Positions 1-9,514 are shown, numbered from the stretch's first letter. The stretch is 64,000 nt of DNA from an uncultured Trueperaceae bacterium (GCA_963799485.1 CAWCXJ010000006.1:640001-704000); one strand, 5' to 3'. The notes: generated by a model from the letters alone, not told the origin. Translations and numbers: made by a program.

Positions 1-1455
1 GAAGCAGGCTTTCCCATTGCCAGCGACGGCGACTTCGACTGCGTGTACCAGATTGCCAGAGAGGTCAAAGGCCCGGTGATTTGCGGTCTGGCCCGGACGC
101 ATAAAATGGATATCGAGCGGGCGGCGCAGGCTATTGAACCCGCCGAGCGGGGCCGGATTCACACCTTTACGAGCGCGTCGAAGGTGCACCTCGAGTACAT
201 CCTCAAAAAGACCGAGGACGAGGTTTTGGAGCTGTCCGACGAGATGGTGCGGTATGCCAAACGCTTTACGGACGACGTGGAGTTTTCTGCCCAAGACTGT
301 ATGCGGGCAAGTCCCGAGTTCGTTTACAAGCTCGTCCGGACGGCGATTGCAGCGGGCGCGACGACCGTCAACATCCCCGATACGACCGGTTACGGCACGC
401 CCGAAGAGTACGGCGCACTCATCAAGAGCATCTTTAAGAATGTTCCTGAAGCCCATGACGTTTCAATCTCAACGCACTGCCATGACGATTTAGGGATGGC
501 GGTCGCCAACAGCCTCGCCGCCGTCGAAAACGGTGCCACGCAGATCGAATGTACCGTAAACGGCATCGGCGAGCGGGCGGGGAACACCTCGCTCGAGGAG
601 TGCGTGATGGCGCTCTATACCCGCCGCGACCATTACGGCGCGGACATCGGCGTCCAGACCAAAGAGCTGTATAACGTCTCGAGGCTCGTACAGCGGCACA
701 CCGGCATGATGGTGCCGCCCAATAAAGCCATCGTCGGGGATAATGCTTTCGCTCACGAGTCGGGCATCCACCAGGACGGCGTGCTGAAGCACAAGCAAAC
801 GTACGAAATCATGAACGCCGAACTCGTCGGACGCGAGGCGGGCGTGTTGGTCATGGGCAAACATTCGGGCCGTCACGCCTTCAAAAAGGCGCTTGTAGAT
901 ATGGGCTACGATTTAGAGAACGAAGTCCCCGACTACGGTATCAGCGCGGACTCGGTCGATGTGTTGTTCAAACGCTTCAAGGATTTGGCCGATCGCAAGG
1001 GGGCTGTCAACACCGACGACATCCGCGCGTTAGTTGAAAACGAAGTGATGAAAGTCGCGGAGACGTACCGGCTCGAGCACGTCCAGTTTCAGTCCGGCAC
1101 CGGTGAGATGACGCCTTCGGCTTTGGTGCGCCTCAGCACACCTGAAGGTACGCTGGCAGAAACCGCTTTGGGTGACGGCCCGGTAGACGCCGCGTTCAAG
1201 GCGCTCGGCAAGCTGACGCCGGTGCCGTTTGTTCTGGAGTCTTACGACCTCAAAGCTATCGGTAAAGGCACCGACGCGCTCGGTGAAGTTTCGATTCGCG
1301 TCAACAGCGACGGGCAAATTGTCCACGGACGGGCGATTTCGACCGATGTGGTTCACGCGTCGGTCTTGGCCTATGTTGACGTTCTCAACAAACTGGCGGC
1401 GGGGGTCGGGCGCAATAAGGCGGCGGCGAACCAGATTACGATGACGACGCCGTAA
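1..1455 (+). CDS. leuA: 2-isopropylmalate synthase (5' end lies before the window)
   Basis: Frame is open from base 1 (EAGFPIAS...). Motifs HCHDDLG, NGIGERAGN, AHESGIHQDG and the C-terminal regulatory GDGPVDA. Confidence 0.96.
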   Translation, partial: EAGFPIASDGDFDCVYQIAREVKGPVICGLARTHKMDIERAAQAIEPAERGRIHTFTSASKVHLEYILKKTEDEVLELSDEMVRYAKRFTDDVEFSAQDCMRASPEFVYKLVRTAIAAGATTVNIPDTTGYGTPEEYGALIKSIFKNVPEAHDVSISTHCHDDLGMAVANSLAAVENGATQIECTVNGIGERAGNTSLEECVMALYTRRDHYGADIGVQTKELYNVSRLVQRHTGMMVPPNKAIVGDNAFAHESGIHQDGVLKHKQTYEIMNAELVGREAGVLVMGKHSGRHAFKKALVDMGYDLENEVPDYGISADSVDVLFKRFKDLADRKGAVNTDDIRALVENEVMKVAETYRLEHVQFQSGTGEMTPSALVRLSTPEGTLAETALGDGPVDAAFKALGKLTPVPFVLESYDLKAIGKGTDALGEVSIRVNSDGQIVHGRAISTDVVHASVLAYVDVLNKLAAGVGRNKAAANQITMTTP

Positions 1456-1467
1456 ATTGAAAACTAA

Positions 1468-1491
1468 GAGAACCGCGACAAAGCGGTTCTC
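1468..1491 (+). terminator. Hairpin just after the leuA stop
   Basis: GAGAACCGC-gacaaa-GCGGTTCTC, perfect 9-bp stem, no strong U-tract. Confidence 0.55.
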
Positions 1492-1509
1492 CTAATAGAA
1501 TCAAGTTAT

Positions 1510-2190
1510 ATGAGTATTGTCGAAAAAGTCTGGAGCTTCGAAATTCACCTATTTCCGGTGATGGTAGGTCTAATGTTATATGAAGTTCCAGCATTATTGA
1601 GAAGACTCAGAAAGGTTTATTACGTCCCTGTATACTTTTCCGTTTTTCCTTTTCGCGCAATCAACCAACAGTTGAGCACCTATCTAGCAGATGATTTCTT
1701 AGGAATAGGCGAGAATTTAGGGAAGAAAGTTGTAGAACGGCTACGTCGCCGCTTAATTTTTACATCGGTAGTATCTGCTTTCCTTGACGCAATTCTAATA
1801 CCTTTAGTTTTCGGTTCCCTAGCTGCTTTCCTATACTCTCGAGAATTGCTAATAGAATTTATTGCAGTCTTCATAACTTTCAAGTTTGTGCTTATTACCA
1901 GTTCAGTATGGCGGTTCCACTATTTTTCTGTAGCCTCGTCTAGTAAAACTTTTCTTTTAGCTTTGGTCTACATGGCTTACATTTATGTAGCAGTTCAGAT
2001 GATGCTTACAGGGTATCAGTGGGCTTCCCCTTTCGTGCTAGCAAATGATTGGTTAGGTCTATTTCAGTCTTTCAATCGAATTGTTGTTCGTAGATTTCTC
2101 GTGCAAGGAATATTCTTTGTTGTTTTCGTTGCGTTCTTTACTAACTACCTTGCTGATAGAGAATTGAGGGCGGAGAACCAATCACGTTGA
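1510..2190 (+). CDS. Hypothetical multi-pass membrane protein (about 5 TM segments), low GC
   Basis: 226 aa ORF with several long hydrophobic runs. Sampled lines are 33-40% GC versus about 60% in the flanks. TAGAAT lies 8 nt before the ATG. Confidence 0.8.
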   Translation: MSIVEKVWSFEIHLFPVMVGLMLYEVPALLRRLRKVYYVPVYFSVFPFRAINQQLSTYLADDFLGIGENLGKKVVERLRRRLIFTSVVSAFLDAILIPLVFGSLAAFLYSRELLIEFIAVFITFKFVLITSSVWRFHYFSVASSSKTFLLALVYMAYIYVAVQMMLTGYQWASPFVLANDWLGLFQSFNRIVVRRFLVQGIFFVVFVAFFTNYLADRELRAENQSR

Positions 2191-2206
2191 AGTTAGGTGA
2201 GCTATT

Positions 2207-2677
2207 TTGATAGAAGCCGACAAAAAGAAGCTGGAGAGAGATGTTGAGTACCTACTATCTCTAGCGGATTCAAATCACGTTCACACTGTCGCTTTAGTTG
2301 CAACAGAGATGCACTTTAGGACATCCGTAGATAGATTGCTCGAATTCGCAGCATATCCTATTTTATATTGCTGTTTTAGACAACAGCTTCTGCACATGAG
2401 CGTAGGAATATCGCAAATTCAGGTTCAGCACTGGGTGGACTTAGGATTTATCAGGTCTGCTAGACCAAGTCTACGCAACATGCTGGTGTTCTTTGATCCG
2501 AGATTAAACTTGCTTGCATGTGAGGCTTACATTGCTCAACACGCAATAGGGCACAATCCATTCGATTTGCTGTCCTCGTACACCGGGAAGGTAACAACTC
2601 ATCAACTAAGCATTTACATTCATGCGCTGAACTTCTCAAAGAATCTGTGCGAAAGGACAAAGATATGTCTAGATTGA
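2207..2677 (+). CDS. Hypothetical protein with lysozyme-like / lytic transglycosylase-like motifs, low GC
   Basis: TTG start with AGGTGA upstream. Motifs ALVATEMHFR, SVGISQI, DPRLNL..CEAYI and LSSYTG occur in the order of SLT/lysozyme-like motifs. Confidence 0.6.
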   Translation: MIEADKKKLERDVEYLLSLADSNHVHTVALVATEMHFRTSVDRLLEFAAYPILYCCFRQQLLHMSVGISQIQVQHWVDLGFIRSARPSLRNMLVFFDPRLNLLACEAYIAQHAIGHNPFDLLSSYTGKVTTHQLSIYIHALNFSKNLCERTKICLD

Positions 2678-4275
2678 CTATCGAAATCTACGACACTACC
2701 CTCCGTGACGGCACCCAGGGCACCGGCTTCAGCCTCACCTCGGATGATAAAGTCGCCATTGCCAAACGTCTGGACGCCTTTGGCGTCGATGTCATCGAAG
2801 GGGGCTGGCCGGGGTCGAACCCTAAAGATGCTGATTTTTTTGAGCGGATGAAGTCGGTAAAACTGGGTCACGCTAGGCTCGCCGCCTTCGGCATGACCCG
2901 CCGTAAAGGGGGCGTCACCGAAGACGACGCCAACCTCAATGCGCTTTTAGACGCCGGTACGCCTATTGTTACGGTGGTCGGCAAATCGTGGACGCTCCAC
3001 GTGACCGAAGCGCTCGGGACGACCCTCGACGAAAACCTCGCCATGATTCGGGATTCGGTGGCGTATCTGCACGCTCGGGGGCGCGAGGTCTTTTACGACG
3101 CCGAACACTTTTTTGACGGTTATGTGGCGGACGCCGAGTACGCTTTGGCAACCTTGCGTGCAGCCGCCGAAGGAGGCGCGTCGCGCCTGATCCTTTGCGA
3201 TACGAACGGTGGGTCGTTGCCTGCTCATGTCGCCGAGGTTACGGCCCACGTTCACGAAACTTTTGGCGTCACCATCGGGATTCACACTCACAACGACGCC
3301 GAGCTTGCCGTCGCCAACACGCTCTCGGGTATCGGGGCCGGGGCGCGGCAAGTCCAGGGAACGATTAACGGCTACGGCGAACGCGCAGGCAACACGAACC
3401 TCATCAGCGTGATTCCGGCACTTACGTTCAAGCTTGGGTACACACAACCGCAAGATTTGACGCAGCTCCGTGAGCTTTCGCGCTACATCGACGAACGCGC
3501 CAACATGCAGCCCAACATCCGCGCACCTTACGTCGGTGACGCAGCCTTCGCCCACAAAGGCGGGATGCACGTGTCGGCGGTCAACAAAAATCCCGAAACG
3601 TACGAACATATCCCGCCGGAATCGGTCGGGAATATTCGGCAAGTCCTCTTGTCCGACCTCTCGGGCCGCGCCAATGTGCTGGCGAAATCGGCAGGGGGCG
3701 CGCCCGAAGAGGTGGCGGCGGTTGTCGAACGGCTCAAAGAACTCGAGCACCGTGGTTACGCCTTTGAAGGGGCCGAAGCGAGTTTTCAGCTGATGAGTCA
3801 AAAGGTGCGCGGGCACTACCGCTCGTATTTTACGCTCCACGGCTACAAGGTCTTGATCGACAAACGCGACAGCGACTTCGTACCGTATTCCGAAGCGAGT
3901 GTGCAGCTCGAGGTCGGTGGACAGCTTGAACACACCGCCGCCACCGGTGACGGCCCGGTCAACGCGCTCGACCGGGCGCTCGGCAAGGCGCTCGGGCGGT
4001 TTTATCCGACGGTGCGCGAGCTGAAACTGACCGACTACAAGGTGCGGGTGTTGTCGGGAGGAGAAACCGGGACGTCCAGCGTCGTCCGGGTGCAAGTCGA
4101 AACGACGGATGGGGTTGACACCTGGGGAACGGTCGGCGCGAGCAGCGACATCATCGACGCGTCTTACGCCGCGCTAATCGACGCCATCGAGTACAAGCTC
4201 ACTAAAGACAAGGTTGCACCACAAAAAGACGCTGTAACGACCACTGCAACGACCGCCGCAACGACCACTGTATAA
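2665..4275 (+). CDS. cimA: Citramalate synthase (LeuA-like CimA)
   Basis: YDTTLRDGTQG, IEGGWPGSNPKD, DAEHFFDG, AFAHKGGMH. ATG 2665 follows AAAGGA. Confidence 0.9.
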   Translation: MSRLTIEIYDTTLRDGTQGTGFSLTSDDKVAIAKRLDAFGVDVIEGGWPGSNPKDADFFERMKSVKLGHARLAAFGMTRRKGGVTEDDANLNALLDAGTPIVTVVGKSWTLHVTEALGTTLDENLAMIRDSVAYLHARGREVFYDAEHFFDGYVADAEYALATLRAAAEGGASRLILCDTNGGSLPAHVAEVTAHVHETFGVTIGIHTHNDAELAVANTLSGIGAGARQVQGTINGYGERAGNTNLISVIPALTFKLGYTQPQDLTQLRELSRYIDERANMQPNIRAPYVGDAAFAHKGGMHVSAVNKNPETYEHIPPESVGNIRQVLLSDLSGRANVLAKSAGGAPEEVAAVVERLKELEHRGYAFEGAEASFQLMSQKVRGHYRSYFTLHGYKVLIDKRDSDFVPYSEASVQLEVGGQLEHTAATGDGPVNALDRALGKALGRFYPTVRELKLTDYKVRVLSGGETGTSSVVRVQVETTDGVDTWGTVGASSDIIDASYAALIDAIEYKLTKDKVAPQKDAVTTTATTAATTTV

Positions 4276-4380
4276 ATGGTAGATTATACAAGTTTTTGTC
4301 CGAGTTTGGCTCGAGTTCACTGTTGGACAAAGCTTCGTAAAAGTTACCCGTTATAATGTTGTGCTGTTGTTGCATGAAAA

Positions 4381-4410
4381 TTGACAGCTCTACGGTATAA
4401 CCGCTAAAAT
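4381..4410 (+). promoter_or_regulatory. Sigma70-type promoter for gltB
   Basis: TTGACA-N18-TAAAAT. Confidence 0.6.
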
Positions 4411-4578
4411 TAAGAGCGCTGCTAGTCAGCCCCTGTTACTCATGTTGTCACTACCTGTCGCCCCATCCGGCGACGCTTGAGCCGACGCCTTATCTACCAA
4501 AACGGCAGGTACCGAGTAGCTGTCAGTTTGACCGTCACTCCCCTTTTCAAACCGTCTCTGCACGAAAGGAGCGCCCCT

Positions 4579-7500
4579 TTGAAATCCGATTTTGCTACCT
4601 TAGCCTGGCCCGATGAACGCGACGCTTGCGGCGTAGGCTTTGTCGCCGATACCCACGGGCGCAAGTCGCATACCGTTTTAACGCACGCGCTTACGGCGCT
4701 CGACAACCTCAGTCACCGCGGCGCGGTCAGTGCCGACGGGCTGACCGGCGACGGCGCGGGCGTCCTGACACAGTTGCCTCATAAACTCTTTCGGCGTGAA
4801 CTCGAGGCTCAGGGCGTCACGCTAGAGCATGATTCCGACCTCGCCGTCGGCGTGTTTTTTGTCTCGAACGCGTCGCAGTTTGAAGAATTGTACCGCGTCG
4901 CCGGGGAAGAGATTAACGCGTCGCACCTGACGCTCTTGGGCTGGCGCGAAGTCCCTATCGACGTGTCCGCCCTCGGCGACGACGCCCGGGTGCGGCTCCC
5001 GGTGATGCGGCAGGTGTTGCTGGGCCGCCCCGAAGGGCTTGATGACGACGCCTTCGAGCGGCTTTTATACCTGACCCGAAAACGCCTCGAGCGTCGCCTG
5101 TTCGAGACGCAACTCGGCAATTTTTACATCCCCTCGTTTTCGCACCGCACCATCTCATACAAAGGGCTGATGGTCGCGCCGCAACTCCCAAGCTTTTATA
5201 AGGACCTCGCCGACCCGGACTTTGAAACCTCGGTTGCGGTCTTTCACCAACGCTACAGCACCAACACCATGCCGCGGTGGTCGCTCGCGCAGCCGTTCCG
5301 GTTTCTGGCGCACAACGGTGAAATCAATACGCTGCAGGGCAACGTCAACTTTATGCGGGCGCGTGAAGCGGTTTTGGAAAGCGCCCTGTGGGGCGACGAC
5401 GTTGCAGAACTTCTGCCGATTGTCGCCCCCGGCGGCAGCGATTCGGCGGCGCTCGATAACGCTTTTGAGCTGCTCGTCCTGTCGGGCCGCGACCCGATGC
5501 TGGCGCTGATGATGCTCGTGCCTGAAGCCTACGAAGAACTCACCGAGATGAAACCCGACCTGCGCGCCTTTTACGAGTATCACGGCACGCTGATGGAGCC
5601 GTGGGACGGCCCCGCAGCACTGGCGCTAACCGATGGTCGTTACGCCGTGGCCGCGGTTGACCGTAACGGTCTCAGGCCGCAGCGCTACTGGCTGACGCGT
5701 GACGGGTTGGTCGTGGTGGGTTCCGAAGCGGGGATGGTGCCGCTGGACGAAGCGGACGTGATTGAAAAGGGGAAGCTCGAGCCCGGTTCAATCCTGGTGG
5801 TTGATACAGTCGAGCAAAAACTCCTGCGTAACGATGAGGTCAAAGCCCGCGTCGCGGCGCAGCATCCTTACGGCGAGTGGTTAGAGGCTCAGGCTCACGC
5901 GCCCGAACGCACGGCTGAGCCCACCGACGGCCTCGCCACGCGTCCCTGGGACGAAGCGGCGCTGCTGCGTTCTCAAAAGATGTTCGGTTACAACGCCGAA
6001 GATTACGACCGCATTCTGGGGCCGATGGCGCTTTCGGGCGACATCCCGGTCGGGTCGATGGGCGACGATACGCCTTTGGCGGTGTTGTCCGAACAGCCGC
6101 AAAGCTTGTTTCGCTACTTCAAGCAGCGTTTCGCGCAGGTGACGAACCCGCCCATCGACCCCCTGCGCGAACGCCTGGTGATGTCCCTGGAGACGCTCGT
6201 CGGGCCGCGCGGGAAGCTCCTGGAAGAAGACCCCAGCTCAGCCCAAGTCGTCGTTTTCCGGTCGCCGGTTGTAGACGAAGCGCAGTTCGCGTGGCTCAAA
6301 GCTCAGGCGTGGCTTAGCCCGACCGTGCTGCAGGCGCGGTTTGCGGTCGCGTCGGGGCCGGAAGGCTTAGAGACCGCCTTGGCTGCCCTTTGCGATGACG
6401 CTGTGCGGGCCGTCGAACAGGGCGCTGGACTCCTCGTGATTTCCGACCGTGAAGGGGGGCCGGAGTGGGCCCCGATACCCAGCTTGCTGGCGACCGCGGC
6501 GGTGCATCACCGGCTGATCGAAACGGGTTTACGGACGCGCACGGCGATTGCGACCGAAGCGGGCGACCTGCGTGAAGACCACCACCTCGCGTGCTTGATC
6601 GGTTACGGCGCGGCGATTGTTCACCCGTATCTGGCGCTCGCGTCGGCCCGCGACGCAGCGGCGAAGGCCAAAGAGCCCGTAGACGAGGTTACGGCGTCAA
6701 AGAACTATTTGAAGGCGCTCGAGAAAGGCCTCTTAAAAATCATGTCCAAAATGGGCATCTCGGCGGTATCTTCGTACCGGGCGGCGCAGATTTTTGAGGC
6801 ACTCGGCGTGTCGCAAACGGTCATCGACCGCTACTTCCGGGGGACGCCGAGCCGTATCGGTGGGGCCGGACTGGAAGCCTTTGCGGTTGATACGCTACAT
6901 TTTCACGCCGAAGCATTCGGCGAAGACCCCAAACTTAAAGACCGGGGTCTGTACCGTTTCCGCAAGGCGGGCGAATACCACGCGCTCAACCCGCTCGTTT
7001 TTAAGGCGCTCCATAAAGCGGTGCGTACCGCGTCGTTTGAAGCTTACGGCGAGTACGCCAAACTGGTCGATGAGCGCCCCGCGTGCAACCTGCGCGATTT
7101 GCTGACCTATAAAAAAGCCGAGATACCACTCCCGCTCGAGGACGTTGAACCCATAGACGCTATCGTCACCCGCTTTACCACCCAGGCCATGAGTCACGGC
7201 TCGGTCTCGCGTGAAACGCACGAAACGCTCGCCATCGCCATGAACCGCCTGCACGCCAAGAGCAATTCGGGTGAGGGCGGCGAAGACGCCAGACGCTTCA
7301 AGCCCTACACGCGCGATATGCCCGAGTTGTCGCACGCGCCGTGGTATCCGCAAAAAGGCGACTGGGGCAACAGCGCCATCAAACAGGTGGCCTCAGGGCG
7401 TTTCGGGGTGACACCTGAGTATTTGGTTTCGGCACAGGAGCTCGAGATCAAGATGGCACAGGGCTCAAAACCGGGCGAAGGTGGACAGATTCCCGGTCAC

Positions 7501-9138
7501 AAGGTCAATGAGGAGATTGCCGCGATTCGCCGCTCGGTTCCGGGCGTCACCCTGATTTCGCCGCCGCCCCACCACGACATCTACTCGATTGAAGATTTAG
7601 CGCAGCTGATTTACGACCTCAAACGGGTGAATAAAGAAGCACGCGTCGGCGTCAAGCTCGTCGCTAGCGCCGGTGTCGGAACGATTGCTGCCGGGGTCGC
7701 CAAAGGCTACGCCGACAACATCCAGATTTCGGGTTTCGACGGCGGTACCGGCGCGTCACCGCTGTCGTCGGTCAAGCATTCGGGTGTGCCGTGGGAACTC
7801 GGTCTGGCGGAGACGCAGCAGGTTTTGCTCGAGAACAACCTCCGGGGCCGTGTCAGCTTGCGTGTGGACGGCGGCATGAAAACAGGCCGCGATGTGATGA
7901 TCGGGGCACTGTTAGGCGCAGAAGAGTACGGCTTCGGCACCTCGGCGCTCGTCGCGGCAGGTTGCACGATGCAGCGGGCGTGTCACCTCAACACCTGTTC
8001 GGTCGGCATTGCCACGCAGCGCGAAGACCTGCGCGCCAAGTTTCCGGGTCAACCCGAACACGTCGTCAACTTTCTCGTCTATGTGGCGCAGCAGGTGCGG
8101 ATGATTTTAGCTGAGTTGGGCTTCCGCAGCCTTGACGACGTAATCGGCCGCGTCGACCTACTGAGTGCTAAAGCGCCGCCGCACGCCAAAGCCGCGCTCG
8201 ACCTGAGCGCCGTTTTACACGACGCCGACCCGGGCGGCACCAAGCCGCGCCGCTCGCAGCGGCGGCATAACGACCGCCCTGAACCCGCCTTGCCGCTCGA
8301 CGAGACCATCTATCAGGACGCCAAAGAGATCATCTTGTCCGGGGAACCGCTCGCCAAGCGTTACATCATCACCAACCGTGAGCGGTCGGTCGGCGCACGG
8401 CTTGCCGGTGAGATTGCCCGCGTTTACGGCGACGCCGGGTTGCCGAACGGGACGGTTCAGTACGGGTTCGACGGGGTTGCCGGACAGAGCTTCGGTGTGT
8501 TTAACATCAGCGGCGTACAGCTGACCCTGGTGGGTGAAGCGCAGGATTACGTCGGCAAGGGGATGGCGGGCGGTGAGATTGTCGTCAAGCCGCCGCAAAA
8601 CGCGCCGTTTACGGCCTCGGAAAACACCATTATCGGCAATACCGTGCTTTACGGCGCGACCGGTGGCAGCCTCTTCGCAGCCGGGCGTGCCGGAGAACGG
8701 TTGGCGGTGCGTAATTCAGGTGCCAGCGTCGTCGTCGAAGGCTGCGGCGATCACGGTTGCGAGTATATGACCGGTGGCGTCGCAGTTATCCTCGGCTCTA
8801 CCGGGCGCAACTTCGGGGCGGGGATGTCGGGTGGCGTTGCCTATGTGTTTGATGAAAAGGACACGTTAGAGGGCCGCCTGAATGGTGAGATGGTCGCGTT
8901 GGAACGCCTTTCGGCGCAGGTTGACCGTGACCTGCTCAAGGCGCTCGTCGCGCGGCACGCGGCGCTGACCGGCAGCGCCCAAGCTACCGACCTCCTGGGC
9001 CGCTGGGAAACAGTGCTGGGGTCGTTCTGGAAAGTTGCGCCGAGTCAGGGCGACGCTCTGGAGGTCGGGGTGGGTCGGCTTCGAGTCCCTGCTACAAGGG
9101 CTGCAGCAACCTGCCGCCCTTTAGCGCGAAAGCCTTAA
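4579..9138 (+). CDS. gltB: Glutamate synthase large subunit
   Basis: DACGVGF (Ntn Cys), HQRYSTNT, HNGEINT, IKQVASGRFG, C-x5-C-x4-C 3Fe-4S motif, GXGXG domain. TTG 4579 follows AAAGGA. Confidence 0.96.
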   Translation: MKSDFATLAWPDERDACGVGFVADTHGRKSHTVLTHALTALDNLSHRGAVSADGLTGDGAGVLTQLPHKLFRRELEAQGVTLEHDSDLAVGVFFVSNASQFEELYRVAGEEINASHLTLLGWREVPIDVSALGDDARVRLPVMRQVLLGRPEGLDDDAFERLLYLTRKRLERRLFETQLGNFYIPSFSHRTISYKGLMVAPQLPSFYKDLADPDFETSVAVFHQRYSTNTMPRWSLAQPFRFLAHNGEINTLQGNVNFMRAREAVLESALWGDDVAELLPIVAPGGSDSAALDNAFELLVLSGRDPMLALMMLVPEAYEELTEMKPDLRAFYEYHGTLMEPWDGPAALALTDGRYAVAAVDRNGLRPQRYWLTRDGLVVVGSEAGMVPLDEADVIEKGKLEPGSILVVDTVEQKLLRNDEVKARVAAQHPYGEWLEAQAHAPERTAEPTDGLATRPWDEAALLRSQKMFGYNAEDYDRILGPMALSGDIPVGSMGDDTPLAVLSEQPQSLFRYFKQRFAQVTNPPIDPLRERLVMSLETLVGPRGKLLEEDPSSAQVVVFRSPVVDEAQFAWLKAQAWLSPTVLQARFAVASGPEGLETALAALCDDAVRAVEQGAGLLVISDREGGPEWAPIPSLLATAAVHHRLIETGLRTRTAIATEAGDLREDHHLACLIGYGAAIVHPYLALASARDAAAKAKEPVDEVTASKNYLKALEKGLLKIMSKMGISAVSSYRAAQIFEALGVSQTVIDRYFRGTPSRIGGAGLEAFAVDTLHFHAEAFGEDPKLKDRGLYRFRKAGEYHALNPLVFKALHKAVRTASFEAYGEYAKLVDERPACNLRDLLTYKKAEIPLPLEDVEPIDAIVTRFTTQAMSHGSVSRETHETLAIAMNRLHAKSNSGEGGEDARRFKPYTRDMPELSHAPWYPQKGDWGNSAIKQVASGRFGVTPEYLVSAQELEIKMAQGSKPGEGGQIPGHKVNEEIAAIRRSVPGVTLISPPPHHDIYSIEDLAQLIYDLKRVNKEARVGVKLVASAGVGTIAAGVAKGYADNIQISGFDGGTGASPLSSVKHSGVPWELGLAETQQVLLENNLRGRVSLRVDGGMKTGRDVMIGALLGAEEYGFGTSALVAAGCTMQRACHLNTCSVGIATQREDLRAKFPGQPEHVVNFLVYVAQQVRMILAELGFRSLDDVIGRVDLLSAKAPPHAKAALDLSAVLHDADPGGTKPRRSQRRHNDRPEPALPLDETIYQDAKEIILSGEPLAKRYIITNRERSVGARLAGEIARVYGDAGLPNGTVQYGFDGVAGQSFGVFNISGVQLTLVGEAQDYVGKGMAGGEIVVKPPQNAPFTASENTIIGNTVLYGATGGSLFAAGRAGERLAVRNSGASVVVEGCGDHGCEYMTGGVAVILGSTGRNFGAGMSGGVAYVFDEKDTLEGRLNGEMVALERLSAQVDRDLLKALVARHAALTGSAQATDLLGRWETVLGSFWKVAPSQGDALEVGVGRLRVPATRAAATCRPLARKP

Positions 9139-9141
9139 CGA

Positions 9142-9173
9142 AAGCGCCTCACTGTTTCGGCAGTGAGGCGCTT
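9142..9173. terminator. Intrinsic terminator hairpin after gltB
   Basis: AAGCGCCTCACTG-tttcgg-CAGTGAGGCGCTT, 13-bp stem. Confidence 0.8.
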
Positions 9174-9177
9174 CTAT

Positions 9178-9514
9178 TGCCTTTGATGACCTTTTTAGCA
9201 TTCCCGTTCTACTGCCGCTGCACCAGTTCAGTGGCAAACGAATGCCGCTTGTCGATCACGGTATCGTCAAAAAGTAAGTAACCCTTTAGACTTTCTTCCA
9301 ACTGTCCCTTGACGTTATCCCGAACCAGCCGGGGCGTGAGTTTCTCACCCTTTAGATAGCGGTTGACTGCATCGTGGCTGAAGGTGTCGGTGTAATCCGC
9401 AAAGTTCGTCAGGGTGTAGTTGATCTGGCTCACTAGCAGATACCGGCAATAGTCAAGTCTCGTGACTCCCATCTCCAAAAACTACTACACCGGCTCGCTC
9501 TGCGTAAGTCCTAG
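9178..9514 (-). mobile_element. IS701-family insertion sequence remnant (left end plus 5' part of transposase)
   Basis: TRLDYCRYLLVSQINYTLTN, SHDAVNRYL, GYLLFDDTVIDK, then QRQ*NGNAKKVIKG with an in-frame TAG. End motif CTAGGACTTACGCA at 9514-9501. Confidence 0.8.

Noticed and set aside
1510..2677. Islet as a prophage lysis cassette
   Set aside because: No other phage genes, integrase or att repeats nearby, and ORF1 is larger than typical holins. Kept only as a minor alternative.
2947..4095. Long antisense ORFs (also 54183-55016, 59332-60150, 43608-44324, 36394-37089)
   Set aside because: Shadow frames of well-supported genes in GC-rich DNA, with no recognisable motifs.
4236..4271. Three imperfect 12-bp repeats giving the Thr-rich CimA tail
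   Set aside because: Low-complexity terminal extension with no evidence of function.
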